From Chromobacterium fluminis (GTDB lineage Bacteria; Pseudomonadota; Gammaproteobacteria; Burkholderiales; Chromobacteriaceae): a stretch of 24,000 nucleotides of DNA. The translations under genes and the position numbers were made by a program. The stretch lies in the NCBI RefSeq assembly GCF_011602385.1, contig NZ_JAAOMA010000010.1, positions 10,003 to 34,002 of the forward strand. The letters are read 5' to 3'. Below the pieces are notes generated by a model. It had not been told where the DNA came from, did no database searches, and saw nothing but the letters and a program-made list of their open reading frames with translations. How positions within the stretch are numbered: position 1 is the stretch's first letter; the number at the start of each line of letters is the position of its first letter. Positions 1 through 9,919 of this stretch are shown here, one piece after another.

Positions 1-1
1 G

Positions 2-760
2 GCCAGAGAGCTACGCCATGCCATAGCGCAGGGCGAGCTGCGGCTATACCTGCAGCCCAAGGTCAGCCTGGCCGATGGCAAGATCTGCGGCGCCGAGGCC
101 TTGGTGCGCTGGCAGCATCCACAGCACGGCTTGTTGGCGCCCAGCGCCTTCATCGATATCGCGGAACGGTCCGGGCTAATCCACCCATTGACCGAGTGGG
201 TTGTGACGGCAACGCTGGATTTACTACAAGCTTGGCAGGGGCAGCAGCTCATGCTGCCCATCGCCGTCAACCTATCGGTGCGCAATCTGCAGGACGACAC
301 CTTGCCGGACAAGCTGCGACTTTGGCAGGAGCAGCGTTCGATTCGCACCGGTTTGTTAGAGCTGGAAATCACGGAAAGCTCCATGATGTTGGATCCGGAA
401 TTGGCGCTGGCCTTGCTGAATGAACTACGATGCGCTGGCTCCGCATTGTACGTGGATGATTTTGGCACAGGCTATTCATCGCTGAGCTATTTACAAAAAT
501 TACCGGTGGATTACATCAAGATTGATCAGTCTTTTGTAATGAATATGTCGCAGGACAAAGACTCCGCCATGATCGTGAAATCCACCATCGAACTTGTGCA
601 CCATCTGGGACGGCTGGTGGTGGCGGAGGGCGTTGAATCCGCTGCGGATTGGCAAAGCTTGCGAGAGATGGGATGTGATTATGCGCAGGGGTTTTTCATC
701 GCCTCGCCAATGCCGGCAGAGGAGTTTGCCGCCTGGACTAGCTCTTTCCGGGCGCCATAG
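2..760 (+). CDS. EAL-domain cyclic-di-GMP phosphodiesterase, C-terminal portion (5' end lies outside the window)
   Basis: The frame of ORF 101..760 stays open back to nt 2 (ARELRHAIAQGELRLYLQPKVSLADGKICGAEALVRW...). EAL-family blocks are present: EALVRW, ELEITES, DDFGTGYSSLSYL, KIDQSFV, AEGVES, QGFF. Confidence 0.85.
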   Translation, partial: ARELRHAIAQGELRLYLQPKVSLADGKICGAEALVRWQHPQHGLLAPSAFIDIAERSGLIHPLTEWVVTATLDLLQAWQGQQLMLPIAVNLSVRNLQDDTLPDKLRLWQEQRSIRTGLLELEITESSMMLDPELALALLNELRCAGSALYVDDFGTGYSSLSYLQKLPVDYIKIDQSFVMNMSQDKDSAMIVKSTIELVHHLGRLVVAEGVESAADWQSLREMGCDYAQGFFIASPMPAEEFAAWTSSFRAP

Positions 761-848
761 TGTCGGGAGGCTGAGGGTAGGCGTATTAAGGTAAAACGGA
801 AAGAGGGCCGAGGTCGCCGTGGTCATCAGAACACGGAGATTTTGGGGA

Positions 849-875
849 TAAAAAAGCCCGCGCGTGAGCGCGGGC
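849..875 (-). terminator. Rho-independent terminator downstream of groEL
   Basis: Perfect 8-bp GC stem GCCCGCGC-gtga-GCGCGGGC (856..875). On the minus strand it is followed by TTTTTTAT. It lies 30 nt after the groEL stop codon. Confidence 0.8.
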
Positions 876-904
876 AAATGATGGAAGAGGACCAGGTCTG
901 CGGA

Positions 905-2524
<1,620 letters not shown>

Positions 2525-2550
2525 TTAACTCCTGTGATGATTGTGGGGAA

Positions 2551-2868
2551 TCAGGCAGCCTTACGGCCGGATTGGGAGGCGTCTTCAACGACTCCGAAGA
2601 CGTCTTCTTCGCGTAGCACCAAGTACTCCTGATCGTTTAGCTTGACGGTCTGGCCGCCGTATTTGCCGAACAGAACCAGATCGCCCACCCGCACCTGCAT
2701 CGGCAACAGTGTGCCGTCTTGCAGGCGCTTGCCAGGGCCAACGGCGAGAACTTCGCCTTGCTCCGGTTTTTCAGCGGCGCTATCGGGGATGACGATGCCG
2801 GAAGCAGTCTGGCGGACCTTCTCGATCCGCTTGACGATAATCCGGTCGTGCAGAGGACGGATTTGCAT
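2551..2868 (-). CDS. groES: co-chaperonin GroES (Cpn10) with a short C-terminal extension
   Basis: 105-aa [49 protein letters not shown]..., a typical GroES. It lies 29 nt upstream of groEL on the same strand. CAGGAG RBS present. Confidence 0.95.
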   Translation of the reverse strand: MQIRPLHDRIIVKRIEKVRQTASGIVIPDSAAEKPEQGEVLAVGPGKRLQDGTLLPMQVRVGDLVLFGKYGGQTVKLNDQEYLVLREEDVFGVVEDASQSGRKAA

Positions 2869-2981
2869 ATCAATCTCCTGTGCGATTCAGATCATTGGAA
2901 ACAGTAGGTAAGACCGAGTGGCAGGCGCGAAAAGGCCCGCTCTTACCGGTCAAAGTCAGTCGGAAAGGCTGACGAAAGACG

Positions 2982-3010
2982 AAGTAAGGGCGGGCCAAAA
3001 ACTTTTCAAG
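2982..3010 (-). promoter_or_regulatory. candidate sigma-32 type heat-shock promoter for groES-groEL
   Basis: The minus strand reads CTCTTGAAAAGTTTTTGGCCCGCCCTTACTT. CTTGAA matches the sigma-32 -35 core. After a 14-nt spacer comes CCCTTACT, only a partial match to CCCCATNT. This would give a leader of about 110 nt. No CIRCE element was seen. Confidence 0.35.
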
Positions 3011-3034
3011 AGGTTTTTTGCAGAAAAAATGGAA

Positions 3035-3694
3035 CTACAAAATGATGCGCTCGACACGGCCAAAACGGTACTCCGTTCTGGTCGCCTTGCCGCCATGGCA
3101 GGCGCGCGGCCTAAGGGGGCAGGGTGGTTTGCGCAGGCCTTCCTCGCCCAGGGTGTCGTCTTCGGCCAGGTCGCGCCATAGTCCGCCGTGTACGGGGCGG
3201 AACTGCCAGGAAACATAGCCTCGGCGGGAGGCCAGCCGCATCAGGTCCGGGCCGTCGGGCGCTTCCGCCAAGACACTTTCCTGCCCAGCGATAGGGGGCA
3301 GATCGCCGAAAGCCTGGCGGCAGGCCAGCTCTTCCCCAGCGGCCGCGCCTATGGTGTTGCAGCCGCGCCGCTCGTCGCGCAGCAGGTTCCAGGCGCCCAG
3401 CTGCCAGGCCGCGTCCAGAATATCTTCTTCTATCAGGGAGAGCGCCCCCCATCTGCGCGTCAGTTGCAAGGCCGACGCCGGCACTTGCCGAAGCAAGGGC
3501 TCGCCATTTTGGCCGCGGCCGGGCTCAGGGCGGCGGAAACCATGCCAATGCAGCATCAACAGCAAGGGCGTATCGGGAAAGGGGACCGCGCTGAGACTGA
3601 CCGCGAATAGCGGCAGACGCATATGGCGGATTTGAGCGGACAAGGTATCGAACAACTCCACGGCAACACTCCATGACAATGGACGCGAAGACAT
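3035..3694 (-). CDS. hypothetical protein (219 aa), family not recognised
   Basis: Longest ORF in this interval, on the same strand as and 64 nt downstream of the preceding operon. No convincing RBS and no motif I can name. The C-terminal 40 aa look low-complexity. Overlapping ORFs in other frames look like GC-driven shadows. Confidence 0.5.
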   Translation of the reverse strand: MSSRPLSWSVAVELFDTLSAQIRHMRLPLFAVSLSAVPFPDTPLLLMLHWHGFRRPEPGRGQNGEPLLRQVPASALQLTRRWGALSLIEEDILDAAWQLGAWNLLRDERRGCNTIGAAAGEELACRQAFGDLPPIAGQESVLAEAPDGPDLMRLASRRGYVSWQFRPVHGGLWRDLAEDDTLGEEGLRKPPCPLRPRACHGGKATRTEYRFGRVERIIL

Positions 3695-3758
3695 GCATTA
3701 ACGATAAAAAGATTGCCGGCACGAGGCAAGCGTCAACCTTGTGAATAGGGCTGGGCGT

Positions 3759-3986
3759 TTATTTCCATCCTTGCCGCCATTGCTCGTCGTCGCGCAGAGC
3801 CTGCCACGGCACGGTTCGCTGGCGCCGGGTGTACACCGCCTCCAGCGTTACCGTTTCTACCGGGCCGTCGGGCGCGAGCCGTCCCAGCGCCACCACCAGG
3901 AAGTGTTTCTCCTTGTCGCGCGGCGCGGCGGCGGTCCACTTGCTCAGCAGCAATTTTTCCGGATTGAGCCGCCTAGTTGTCGTCAC
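3759..3986 (-). CDS. TIGR02450-type tryptophan-rich small protein
   Basis: 75 aa with a GTG start. The pattern NPEKLLLSKWTA..P.DKEKHFLV...W..L.D...WRQGWK matches my memory of the Trp-rich TIGR02450 family. Overlaps the blc stop by 14 nt. Confidence 0.75.
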   Translation of the reverse strand: MTTTRRLNPEKLLLSKWTAAAPRDKEKHFLVVALGRLAPDGPVETVTLEAVYTRRQRTVPWQALRDDEQWRQGWK

Positions 3987-4509
3987 GATCCTGACTCACC
4001 CAAATCAACTTCTCCGCGGGTATGTCCAACTTGGCCGCCACCGCCAACAGAGCGGACTTGGCCTCGGGGGCGGGCTGCTTGTCGCGCGACAGCAGCCACA
4101 AATAGTCCTTGTCCGGTCCCACCACCACCGCCCAGCGATAGCCGGGGTCCAGCGCCGCCACGTGGTAGCCGCCGTAGAACGGGCCAAAGAACGACACTTT
4201 CAGCGAGGCGACATCGGTGCGGCCGTTGAACCAGGCCTTGCCCACGGCTTCGCGCCAACTGGCGGCGGCGGTGTCAAAGCCGCGGTTGACCACGCGGATG
4301 CTGCCGTCGGCATTGCGACTGTAATCGGCGCTCACCGCCTGCAAGCCCCGTTCGAAGCGGTGGTCCAGGCGGGCGATTTCATACCATCGCCCCTGATAGC
4401 GTTCCAGCTGGAAGCCTTGCACTGGGATGACGTCCGGCGGCGGCAGGGTGTTGCAGCCGGTAAGCGGCAATAGGGCAATAGCCAACAGAACGAGGGGTAT
4501 TTTCAACAT
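3973..4509 (-). CDS. blc: outer-membrane lipoprotein Blc (bacterial lipocalin)
   Basis: I trimmed the track ORF (3973..4701) to the ATG at 4509, giving MLKIPLVLLAIALLPLTGC (lipobox LTGC). RYQGRWYEIARLDHRFERGL and SFFGPFYGGYHVAALD..Y.WAVV.GPDKDYLWLLSR are near-identical to E. coli Blc blocks. Confidence 0.92.
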   Translation of the reverse strand: MLKIPLVLLAIALLPLTGCNTLPPPDVIPVQGFQLERYQGRWYEIARLDHRFERGLQAVSADYSRNADGSIRVVNRGFDTAAASWREAVGKAWFNGRTDVASLKVSFFGPFYGGYHVAALDPGYRWAVVVGPDKDYLWLLSRDKQPAPEAKSALLAVAAKLDIPAEKLIWVSQDRDDN

Positions 4510-4516
4510 ATCGGGC

Positions 4517-6046
4517 TCACAGTGTGTCGAGATTGGCTTGCAGCGCCGCCGCGTGAGCGGCGATAGCGGCTTGTTCGGCATCCGGCAGCTTGTCCAGCTG
4601 GCGATAGACCAGGCTGAGTCGCGGATTGGCCGCCAGCCGCGCGCGGTGGCGCTGGAAAAAGTTCCAGTAGAGGGCATTGAAGGGACAGGCGTCCCGGCCA
4701 ATGCGCAGCTTGGGCTGGTAGCGGCAGCCGGCGCAGTAATCGCTCATGCGGCCGATATAAGCGGCGCTGCCGGCGTAGGGCTTGCTGCCGAGCAGCCCGC
4801 CGTCGGCGAACTGGCTCATGCCCAGAGTGTTGGGCAACTCCACCCATTCGAAGGCGTCGATGTAGACGCCCAAATACCATTCATGCAGCGCCTGCGGCGA
4901 CAGCCCGGCGATCAGTCCGAAATTTCCGATCACCATTAGCCGCTGGATGTGGTGGGCGTAGGCGTCTTCCAGCGATTGGCCGATGGCGTGCGCAAGACAC
5001 CGCATGCCCGTTTCGCCATCCCAGAACCAGCGCGGCAGCGGCAGATCGTGCGACAGGGCGTTATTGTCCCGGTAGCTGGGCATCTTGGCCCAATAGACGC
5101 CTCGCACATATTCGCGCCAGCCCAGTATCTGCCGCACAAAGCCCTCTACCGCGGCCAGTGGCGCGCGGCCTGCGAGCCAGGCGGCGATGGCGGCGTCCAC
5201 CACCTCGCGCGGATTGAGCATTTTCACATTGAGGGCGAAGGAAAGCTGGGAATGAAACAAGCGCCGTGCATGCCGGCTCATCGCGTCCTGATAAGCGCCA
5301 AAGTGCGGCAGAGCCCGCTCGATAAAGTCGCTCAGCAGGGCCTGCGCCTCGGCGCGCTTGAGCGGCCAGCGCAGCGCTTCGGCCTGAGGCTGACCGAAGC
5401 TGCTCACGCCGGCCTCGTTTATGGATTGCCACAGCTTGCGGTGGTCATGCTCAGGGCGAGGGTCATGCGGTTCCGGCGGGCCGCCGGACCAGCGCTGACG
5501 GTTCTCGGCATCGAAATTCCAGCGACCGCCGGCGGGTTCGCCGTTTTCGCCAATCAAAATGCCGTGCTGGCGCCGCAGGTGACGATATAGGGTCTCCTGC
5601 CGCCATTGCCGCCGCGCGCCGAAAAACGCGGCGGCGTCGCCGCGAGCGGTGTAGAAATGCTCGCTGTCCGCCATGTGGCATGGAATGGATAAATCCGCGC
5701 CCCAGTTGGCGAGTTGATGATCCAGCCGCCACTCGTCCGGAGCCTGGTATTCCACCCTCGTCGCGCCGTAGTGGCGAATCAGCGCATCCAAATTGCCGAT
5801 TAACGATTGGCGGTTGCTTCCGTCGTCGATGGCGATGTAGCGCACTCGATGCCCCAAGGTCTTCAGCTGGCGGGCAAAATCACGCATCGCGGCGAAGATG
5901 GCCAGGATTTTCTGCGCGTGGTGGCGTACGTAATCCGTTTCCTGGCGGATTTCCATCATCACATGCACCACCTTGGGGTCGGGGGCGGTGAACCAGCTAT
6001 GATTGGGGTTGAGCTGGTCGCCCAGAATCAGCCGCAAGAGGGTCAT
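4517..6046 (-). CDS. cryptochrome/photolyase-family protein of the FeS-BCP / CryPro type (PhrB/CryB-like, probable (6-4) photolyase)
   Basis: Start trimmed to the ATG at 6046 (MTLLRLILGDQLNPNHSWF, the typical N-terminus of COG3046 proteins). It overlaps the upstream stop as ATGA. Four Cys are arranged as in the [4Fe-4S] site of PhrB: ...MRCLAH... and DYCAGCRYQPKLRIGRDACPFN (C-x2-C-x12-C). Confidence 0.88.
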   Translation of the reverse strand: MTLLRLILGDQLNPNHSWFTAPDPKVVHVMMEIRQETDYVRHHAQKILAIFAAMRDFARQLKTLGHRVRYIAIDDGSNRQSLIGNLDALIRHYGATRVEYQAPDEWRLDHQLANWGADLSIPCHMADSEHFYTARGDAAAFFGARRQWRQETLYRHLRRQHGILIGENGEPAGGRWNFDAENRQRWSGGPPEPHDPRPEHDHRKLWQSINEAGVSSFGQPQAEALRWPLKRAEAQALLSDFIERALPHFGAYQDAMSRHARRLFHSQLSFALNVKMLNPREVVDAAIAAWLAGRAPLAAVEGFVRQILGWREYVRGVYWAKMPSYRDNNALSHDLPLPRWFWDGETGMRCLAHAIGQSLEDAYAHHIQRLMVIGNFGLIAGLSPQALHEWYLGVYIDAFEWVELPNTLGMSQFADGGLLGSKPYAGSAAYIGRMSDYCAGCRYQPKLRIGRDACPFNALYWNFFQRHRARLAANPRLSLVYRQLDKLPDAEQAAIAAHAAALQANLDTL

Positions 6047-6201
6047 TGGGCCATGTCCTTCTGACGGCGGCAGCGTTCTGAGCAGTATTGGACGGCATCC
6101 CAATGGTTGCGCCATTTTTTGCGCCAGCTCATGGGATGACCGCAGGCGGCGCAGCGCTTGGATGGCAATGCCGCCTTATTGCCCTTGAATATCCGCGCCA
6201 T
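6043..6201 (-). CDS. DUF2256-type small Cys4 zinc-ribbon protein
   Basis: 52 aa: MARIFKGNKAALPSKRCAACGHPMSWRKKWRNHWDAVQYCSERCRRQKDMAQ. Has a CxxC...CxxC motif. Start and stop overlap both neighbouring genes. This family is commonly found next to photolyase-related genes. Confidence 0.75.
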   Translation of the reverse strand: MARIFKGNKAALPSKRCAACGHPMSWRKKWRNHWDAVQYCSERCRRQKDMAQ

Positions 6202-6635
6202 CACGCTACCTTGAGCTTTTTGCGCAGCCAGGCCACCGGCAGCCCAAGCAGGGGGATTTTCTCGAACAATTCTTCGGCCGCGTCCCAGTAATCGCGGTGC
6301 AGCGTGATCTTGCCGTCGGCATCGAATTGCAAATGGCTGCCGCCGTGAATGTTGACCTTGCGTCCGGCATAGGCAAAATCGAAATCCCAGGTGATGAAGG
6401 CCTGGTCGCCGTCGCGCAGCGCGTGGATGACCGTGAATCGGGGCTGCTCCAGCGTCTTGAACATGTGGTGAAACACCGCCTGGATTCTGACCACGCCGCG
6501 TACGTCGTTGAACGGGTCCTTGAAGCGCGCGTCTTCCGCGTAGAAATGACCAATGTCCGGCAAGGTTTGCGGCGTCAGCGTTTGATACCAGTCGAGCAAA
6601 GCTTGCCAATCGGCTTGAGAGGGGATGCGTTTCAT
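6201..6635 (-). CDS. NTF2-like (SnoaL-fold) protein
   Basis: Trimmed to the ATG at 6635 (MKRIPSQADWQALLDWYQTLTP...), which forms an ATGA overlap with the SDR stop. Size (144 aa) and the pattern FY..DA.F.DPF....G fit NTF2-family proteins of this cluster. Confidence 0.7.
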   Translation of the reverse strand: MKRIPSQADWQALLDWYQTLTPQTLPDIGHFYAEDARFKDPFNDVRGVVRIQAVFHHMFKTLEQPRFTVIHALRDGDQAFITWDFDFAYAGRKVNIHGGSHLQFDADGKITLHRDYWDAAEELFEKIPLLGLPVAWLRKKLKVA

Positions 6636-7411
6636 GGTCGTGCCAACCTCGCGAGCAAAGGCAGCCGCAGCCGGTAAGGCAGCAGCCGCAGTAGTTTGAG
6701 CCATACGGTGAAGCGCAGCGGAAAGTGGATTTCAAACGCGCCGCGGGCCAGCCCGCGCATGATGTCGCGAGCCGCCCGGTGCGGCGTGAGCAGGGCCGGC
6801 ATGGAAAAATCGTTCTTGGCGGTGAGGGGCGTGGCCACGAAGCCGGGATTGATCAGATAAACCGCCACGCCATGCGGCTTGAGTTCCGCGTAGAGGATTT
6901 CCGCCAGATTGATCAGCGCCGCCTTGCCGGGGCCGTACACCGCGGCGCCGGGCAGGCCGACATAACCCGCCACGCTGGCGATCAGCGCCACGCCGCCGCG
7001 GCCTTGCCGCGCCAGCGCCGGCAACACCACTTCCAGGCCGTGGTAGACGCCCAGCAGATTGGTATCGAGCAGACCGCGGGTTTCATCGGCGCGCAGATCC
7101 AGGCAAGTTTGCGGACGGTAGTCCGCCGCGCAGAACACCACGAGGTCGGGCAGCGCGCCGGCGGCTTCCAGGCGCGACCAGACAGCCCGCCAGGCGGCCG
7201 GATCGGTCACGTCCAGCGTTTCCACTTGCGCGCCCGGGCGCTCTGCCGCCAGCATGCGCATCGGCTCGGCGCGTCGGGCGGAGAGGATGACTTGGGCGCC
7301 GGCCGATAGCAGCTCGTCGGCCAATGCCGCGCCGATGCCGCTGGACGCGCCTATCACCCATACCCGGCGCGCGCGCCAATCGGCGATGCGAGGGTTAAGG
7401 CGGAGTGTCAT
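6632..7411 (-). CDS. short-chain dehydrogenase/reductase (SDR)
   Basis: 259 aa with N-terminal VWVIGASSGIGAALA (TGxxxGxG-type Rossmann motif), ASVAGYVGLPGAAVYGPGKAAL (catalytic YxxxK) and INPGFVATP. Confidence 0.9.
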   Translation of the reverse strand: MTLRLNPRIADWRARRVWVIGASSGIGAALADELLSAGAQVILSARRAEPMRMLAAERPGAQVETLDVTDPAAWRAVWSRLEAAGALPDLVVFCAADYRPQTCLDLRADETRGLLDTNLLGVYHGLEVVLPALARQGRGGVALIASVAGYVGLPGAAVYGPGKAALINLAEILYAELKPHGVAVYLINPGFVATPLTAKNDFSMPALLTPHRAARDIMRGLARGAFEIHFPLRFTVWLKLLRLLPYRLRLPLLARLARP

Positions 7412-7941
7412 GATCCTAACTCCGGTTTGTGGAAAAACAGCGTGACCTCGCCCAAGCGGAAACCAAACTTGCTCATGACCGCGCGGTTGAGCAAGCTGCG
7501 CTCGTCTTGCAGGAACATCCAGTCATCGAACTGGACCAGGTATTCCTCGCCCTCCACCGGCAACTTCAGCGTGTAGCGCCAGCGCAGCGCGTTGCCGGCC
7601 GTCTCGCCAATGGCTTCCCCCTCCACGTCGTCCGCCAGGCCGCGCCAGCGGCCCTGGCCGATGGACTTGAGCCGCCACACGCGCTGCTGACGGTTGCCGT
7701 CGCTGTAAAGAAAGCGCTCGGTCAACACCAACTCGTCGCCGTGGCGTTCGCCGTCCATGTCGACGGTGAAGCGTTTGAGCAGGCGGCCTTGCCGGTCCTG
7801 GTACATGCCCCAGGCCTTGGTGTGGCCAAGGAAAAACCGGCCGGGGTCTAGCAGCGGGCGGTTGGCGGCGTAATCTCCAACCGTTGGAGCGGCGCAGCCT
7901 GCCAGCAGGAGCAGGGCGACGAGCCAGAGGGGGGCGCGCAT
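7408..7941 (-). CDS. DUF3833-type lipoprotein
   Basis: Trimmed to the ATG at 7941: MRAPLWLVALLLLAGCAAP (lipobox LAGC). The body (FF.G...AWG...DR.G...R.F.V...G) matches my memory of DUF3833. ATGA overlap with the SDR start. Confidence 0.75.
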   Translation of the reverse strand: MRAPLWLVALLLLAGCAAPTVGDYAANRPLLDPGRFFLGHTKAWGMYQDRQGRLLKRFTVDMDGERHGDELVLTERFLYSDGNRQQRVWRLKSIGQGRWRGLADDVEGEAIGETAGNALRWRYTLKLPVEGEEYLVQFDDWMFLQDERSLLNRAVMSKFGFRLGEVTLFFHKPELGS

Positions 7942-7943
7942 GG

Positions 7944-9146
7944 CTACGTCCTTTGCAGCAGAAACTGCGACACGCCGATGCGTCCCGCATCGAAACCCGC
8001 TTCGCAGTAGCACAGGTAAAGCCGCCACAGCCGAATGAAGGCCTCGTCGAAACCCTGGCCGCGAATGGCGTCCAGTTGGGTCTCGAAAGCCTCGCGCCAG
8101 CGGCGCAGCGTTTCCGCGTAGTCCGCGCCGAAATCCAGGCGCTTGCGGCTGGTCAGCCCGCTTTGATGCGCCGCGCGCTCAAAACGCTCGCGGCTGGGAA
8201 GCATGCCGCCGGGGAAGATAAAGGCCTGGATGAAATCGGTGCTGGCGCGGTAGGCCTCGAAACGCGATTCATCAATGGTGATGCTTTGCGCCAGCGCTTG
8301 GCCGCCCGGCTTCAGGCAGCGACGCAGGGTGTCGAAATAGCCGCGCCAGTAACGCTCGCCCACCGCCTCGAACATTTCGATCGACACGATGGCGTCGTAT
8401 TGGCCGCTCAGGTCGCGGTAGTCGCGGTGTTCCAGTGTGACCAGCGGCTCCTTGGCCAGGCGGCGGCGCGCGAAGCTCAGTTGCGCGTCCGAGATGGTGA
8501 TCCCGTGCACGGAGACGCCGAGACGGGCTGCGTGTTCGGCGAAGCCCCCCCAGCCGCAGCCGATTTCCAGCACCCGCATGCCGGGGCGTAGTTGCAGCTG
8601 CTCGCAGATGCGTTGGTACTTGCGCGCCTGCGCTTCGGCCAAGGGCTGGCTGTAGTCGCCGTCGAACCATGCGCTGGAGTAAGTCCAGCTGGGGTCCAGC
8701 CACAGCTTGTAAAAATCGTTGCCGATATCGTAATGGGCATGGATGTTGCGGCGGCTGCCGCGGCGGCTGTTGACGCGCAGGAGATGGCGCAGCCTGTGCC
8801 ACAAACGCGCGGCCCAACGGCCCAGCTCCCCCAATGGCAAGGCGTCTTCATTGCGCAGCATCAGTTGCAGCAGCCCGGTCAGGTCCGGGCAATCCAACCA
8901 GCCGTCGCGATAGGCCTCGGCAAAGCCGATGTCGCCGCCGGACAGGATGCGGGCGCAGGAGCGCCAGTCCCGTAGCGTCAATTCCGCGCTGACGTGCGTC
9001 TGGGCCGCGCCGAACCATAAGGTCTCGCCATCTGGCGTGACCACTTTAAGGCTGCCATGGCGCAATTGAGCCAGCATGGCGAGCAGCGCGCGCCCCGCCG
9101 CCGGAAACGTGGGGTGGGACAAGGAGATAGGTTGGCTCGCGCTCAT
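7944..9146 (-). CDS. cyclopropane-fatty-acyl-phospholipid synthase family SAM-dependent methyltransferase
   Basis: Trimmed to the ATG at 9146 (ATGA overlap with the DUF1365 stop). SAM-binding VLEIGCGWGGFA is present. NIHAHYDIGNDFYKLWLD and the C-terminal R.WRLYL.YCEAGF are characteristic of the CFA-synthase family. Confidence 0.9.
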   Translation of the reverse strand: MSASQPISLSHPTFPAAGRALLAMLAQLRHGSLKVVTPDGETLWFGAAQTHVSAELTLRDWRSCARILSGGDIGFAEAYRDGWLDCPDLTGLLQLMLRNEDALPLGELGRWAARLWHRLRHLLRVNSRRGSRRNIHAHYDIGNDFYKLWLDPSWTYSSAWFDGDYSQPLAEAQARKYQRICEQLQLRPGMRVLEIGCGWGGFAEHAARLGVSVHGITISDAQLSFARRRLAKEPLVTLEHRDYRDLSGQYDAIVSIEMFEAVGERYWRGYFDTLRRCLKPGGQALAQSITIDESRFEAYRASTDFIQAFIFPGGMLPSRERFERAAHQSGLTSRKRLDFGADYAETLRRWREAFETQLDAIRGQGFDEAFIRLWRLYLCYCEAGFDAGRIGVSQFLLQRT

Positions 9147-9919
9147 GGTTTCAGCTCCTGGCCACGGCTGAGGGCGGTGGCGGGGGGATGTGGCTTGCGG
9201 AAAAAGGGTACGCGTTTTAGCCAAAGCTTCAGCGCCTGCCAGTGAATGCGGGCGATGACGCCCAGGGTGAGCAGAGGCTGGCGCAGCAAGGCGGCTGCCG
9301 CTGTGGCCGAGCTTAAGGGGTGCAAACGGCCGGATATTGAGGTGTGAAGCAGAGCGCCGTTGGCATCGTGATAATCGATCCGCGTCAGCGAGCGGCCCGC
9401 TTGTTCCACGAAGCGGAATCGATAATGGCCTTCCACTTGGCAAAACGGAGAGACATGCAGCAGTTTGCGGCAGACCAACTGGCTGGAGGCGCTAATCGGC
9501 CCTCCGTCGGTTTGGCTGAGCAGATAGCCATGTCTTTCGCCAAAGGTGTTGTTGACCTCGGCCAGCACGGCGATCAACTGGCCAGAGGCGTCGTGGCAAT
9601 GCCAGAAACTGACCGGGTTGAACACATAGCCGAACACGCGCGGAAAGGTTTGCAGCCAGACCTCGCCGTCGGCGGGCAGGCCGGCCTCGGCCAGCCGCGC
9701 GCGTATCCACGGCAAGAGCGGCGAGCCGTCGCGCGGGCCGTAGTCGCGTGTGCGCAGCGACAGCGGCCGGCGGCAGTCCACGCCAAACCATGGCCCGTGC
9801 ATGTTTTCCAGCGCGGACAGCTTGAGCCGCAAGCAAAACACCGGGTAGACGAAGCGATTGGCGGCCGGGCGTAAGCGATGGTGCATCACGTGTCCGGTCA
9901 GCAGATAGGCTGTGCTCAT
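9143..9919 (-). CDS. DUF1365 protein (UfaO-like position in the cluster)
   Basis: 258 aa: MSTAYLLTGHVMHHRLRPAANRFVYPVFCLRLKL... The pattern G.V.H.R..P..N.F.Y.VF matches DUF1365 as I remember it. ATGA overlaps at both ends. Confidence 0.8.
   Translation of the reverse strand: MSTAYLLTGHVMHHRLRPAANRFVYPVFCLRLKLSALENMHGPWFGVDCRRPLSLRTRDYGPRDGSPLLPWIRARLAEAGLPADGEVWLQTFPRVFGYVFNPVSFWHCHDASGQLIAVLAEVNNTFGERHGYLLSQTDGGPISASSQLVCRKLLHVSPFCQVEGHYRFRFVEQAGRSLTRIDYHDANGALLHTSISGRLHPLSSATAAAALLRQPLLTLGVIARIHWQALKLWLKRVPFFRKPHPPATALSRGQELKP

Noticed and set aside
3111-3635. Overlapping ORFs in other frames within 3035..3694 (3111..3452 -, 3188..3610 +, 3351..3635 +)
   Set aside because: They are Arg/Pro/Gly-rich shadow ORFs. 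The 219-aa frame is retained only as the longest and best-placed candidate, and is itself of moderate confidence.
4510-4701. N-terminal extensions offered by the ORF track. These are 4510..4701 for blc, 6047..6115 for the photolyase-like gene, 6636..6704 for the NTF2-like gene and 7942..8028 for DUF3833. The list continues with 9147..9443 for the CFA-like gene, 18481..18540 for bglF and 19454..19534 for bglG
   Set aside because: In each case an internal ATG reproduces the known family N-terminus, a lipobox or a signal sequence. That ATG also forms an ATGA/TGATG overlap or has an RBS. The extensions would overlap the upstream gene or, for bglG/bglF, run through the RAT/terminator.
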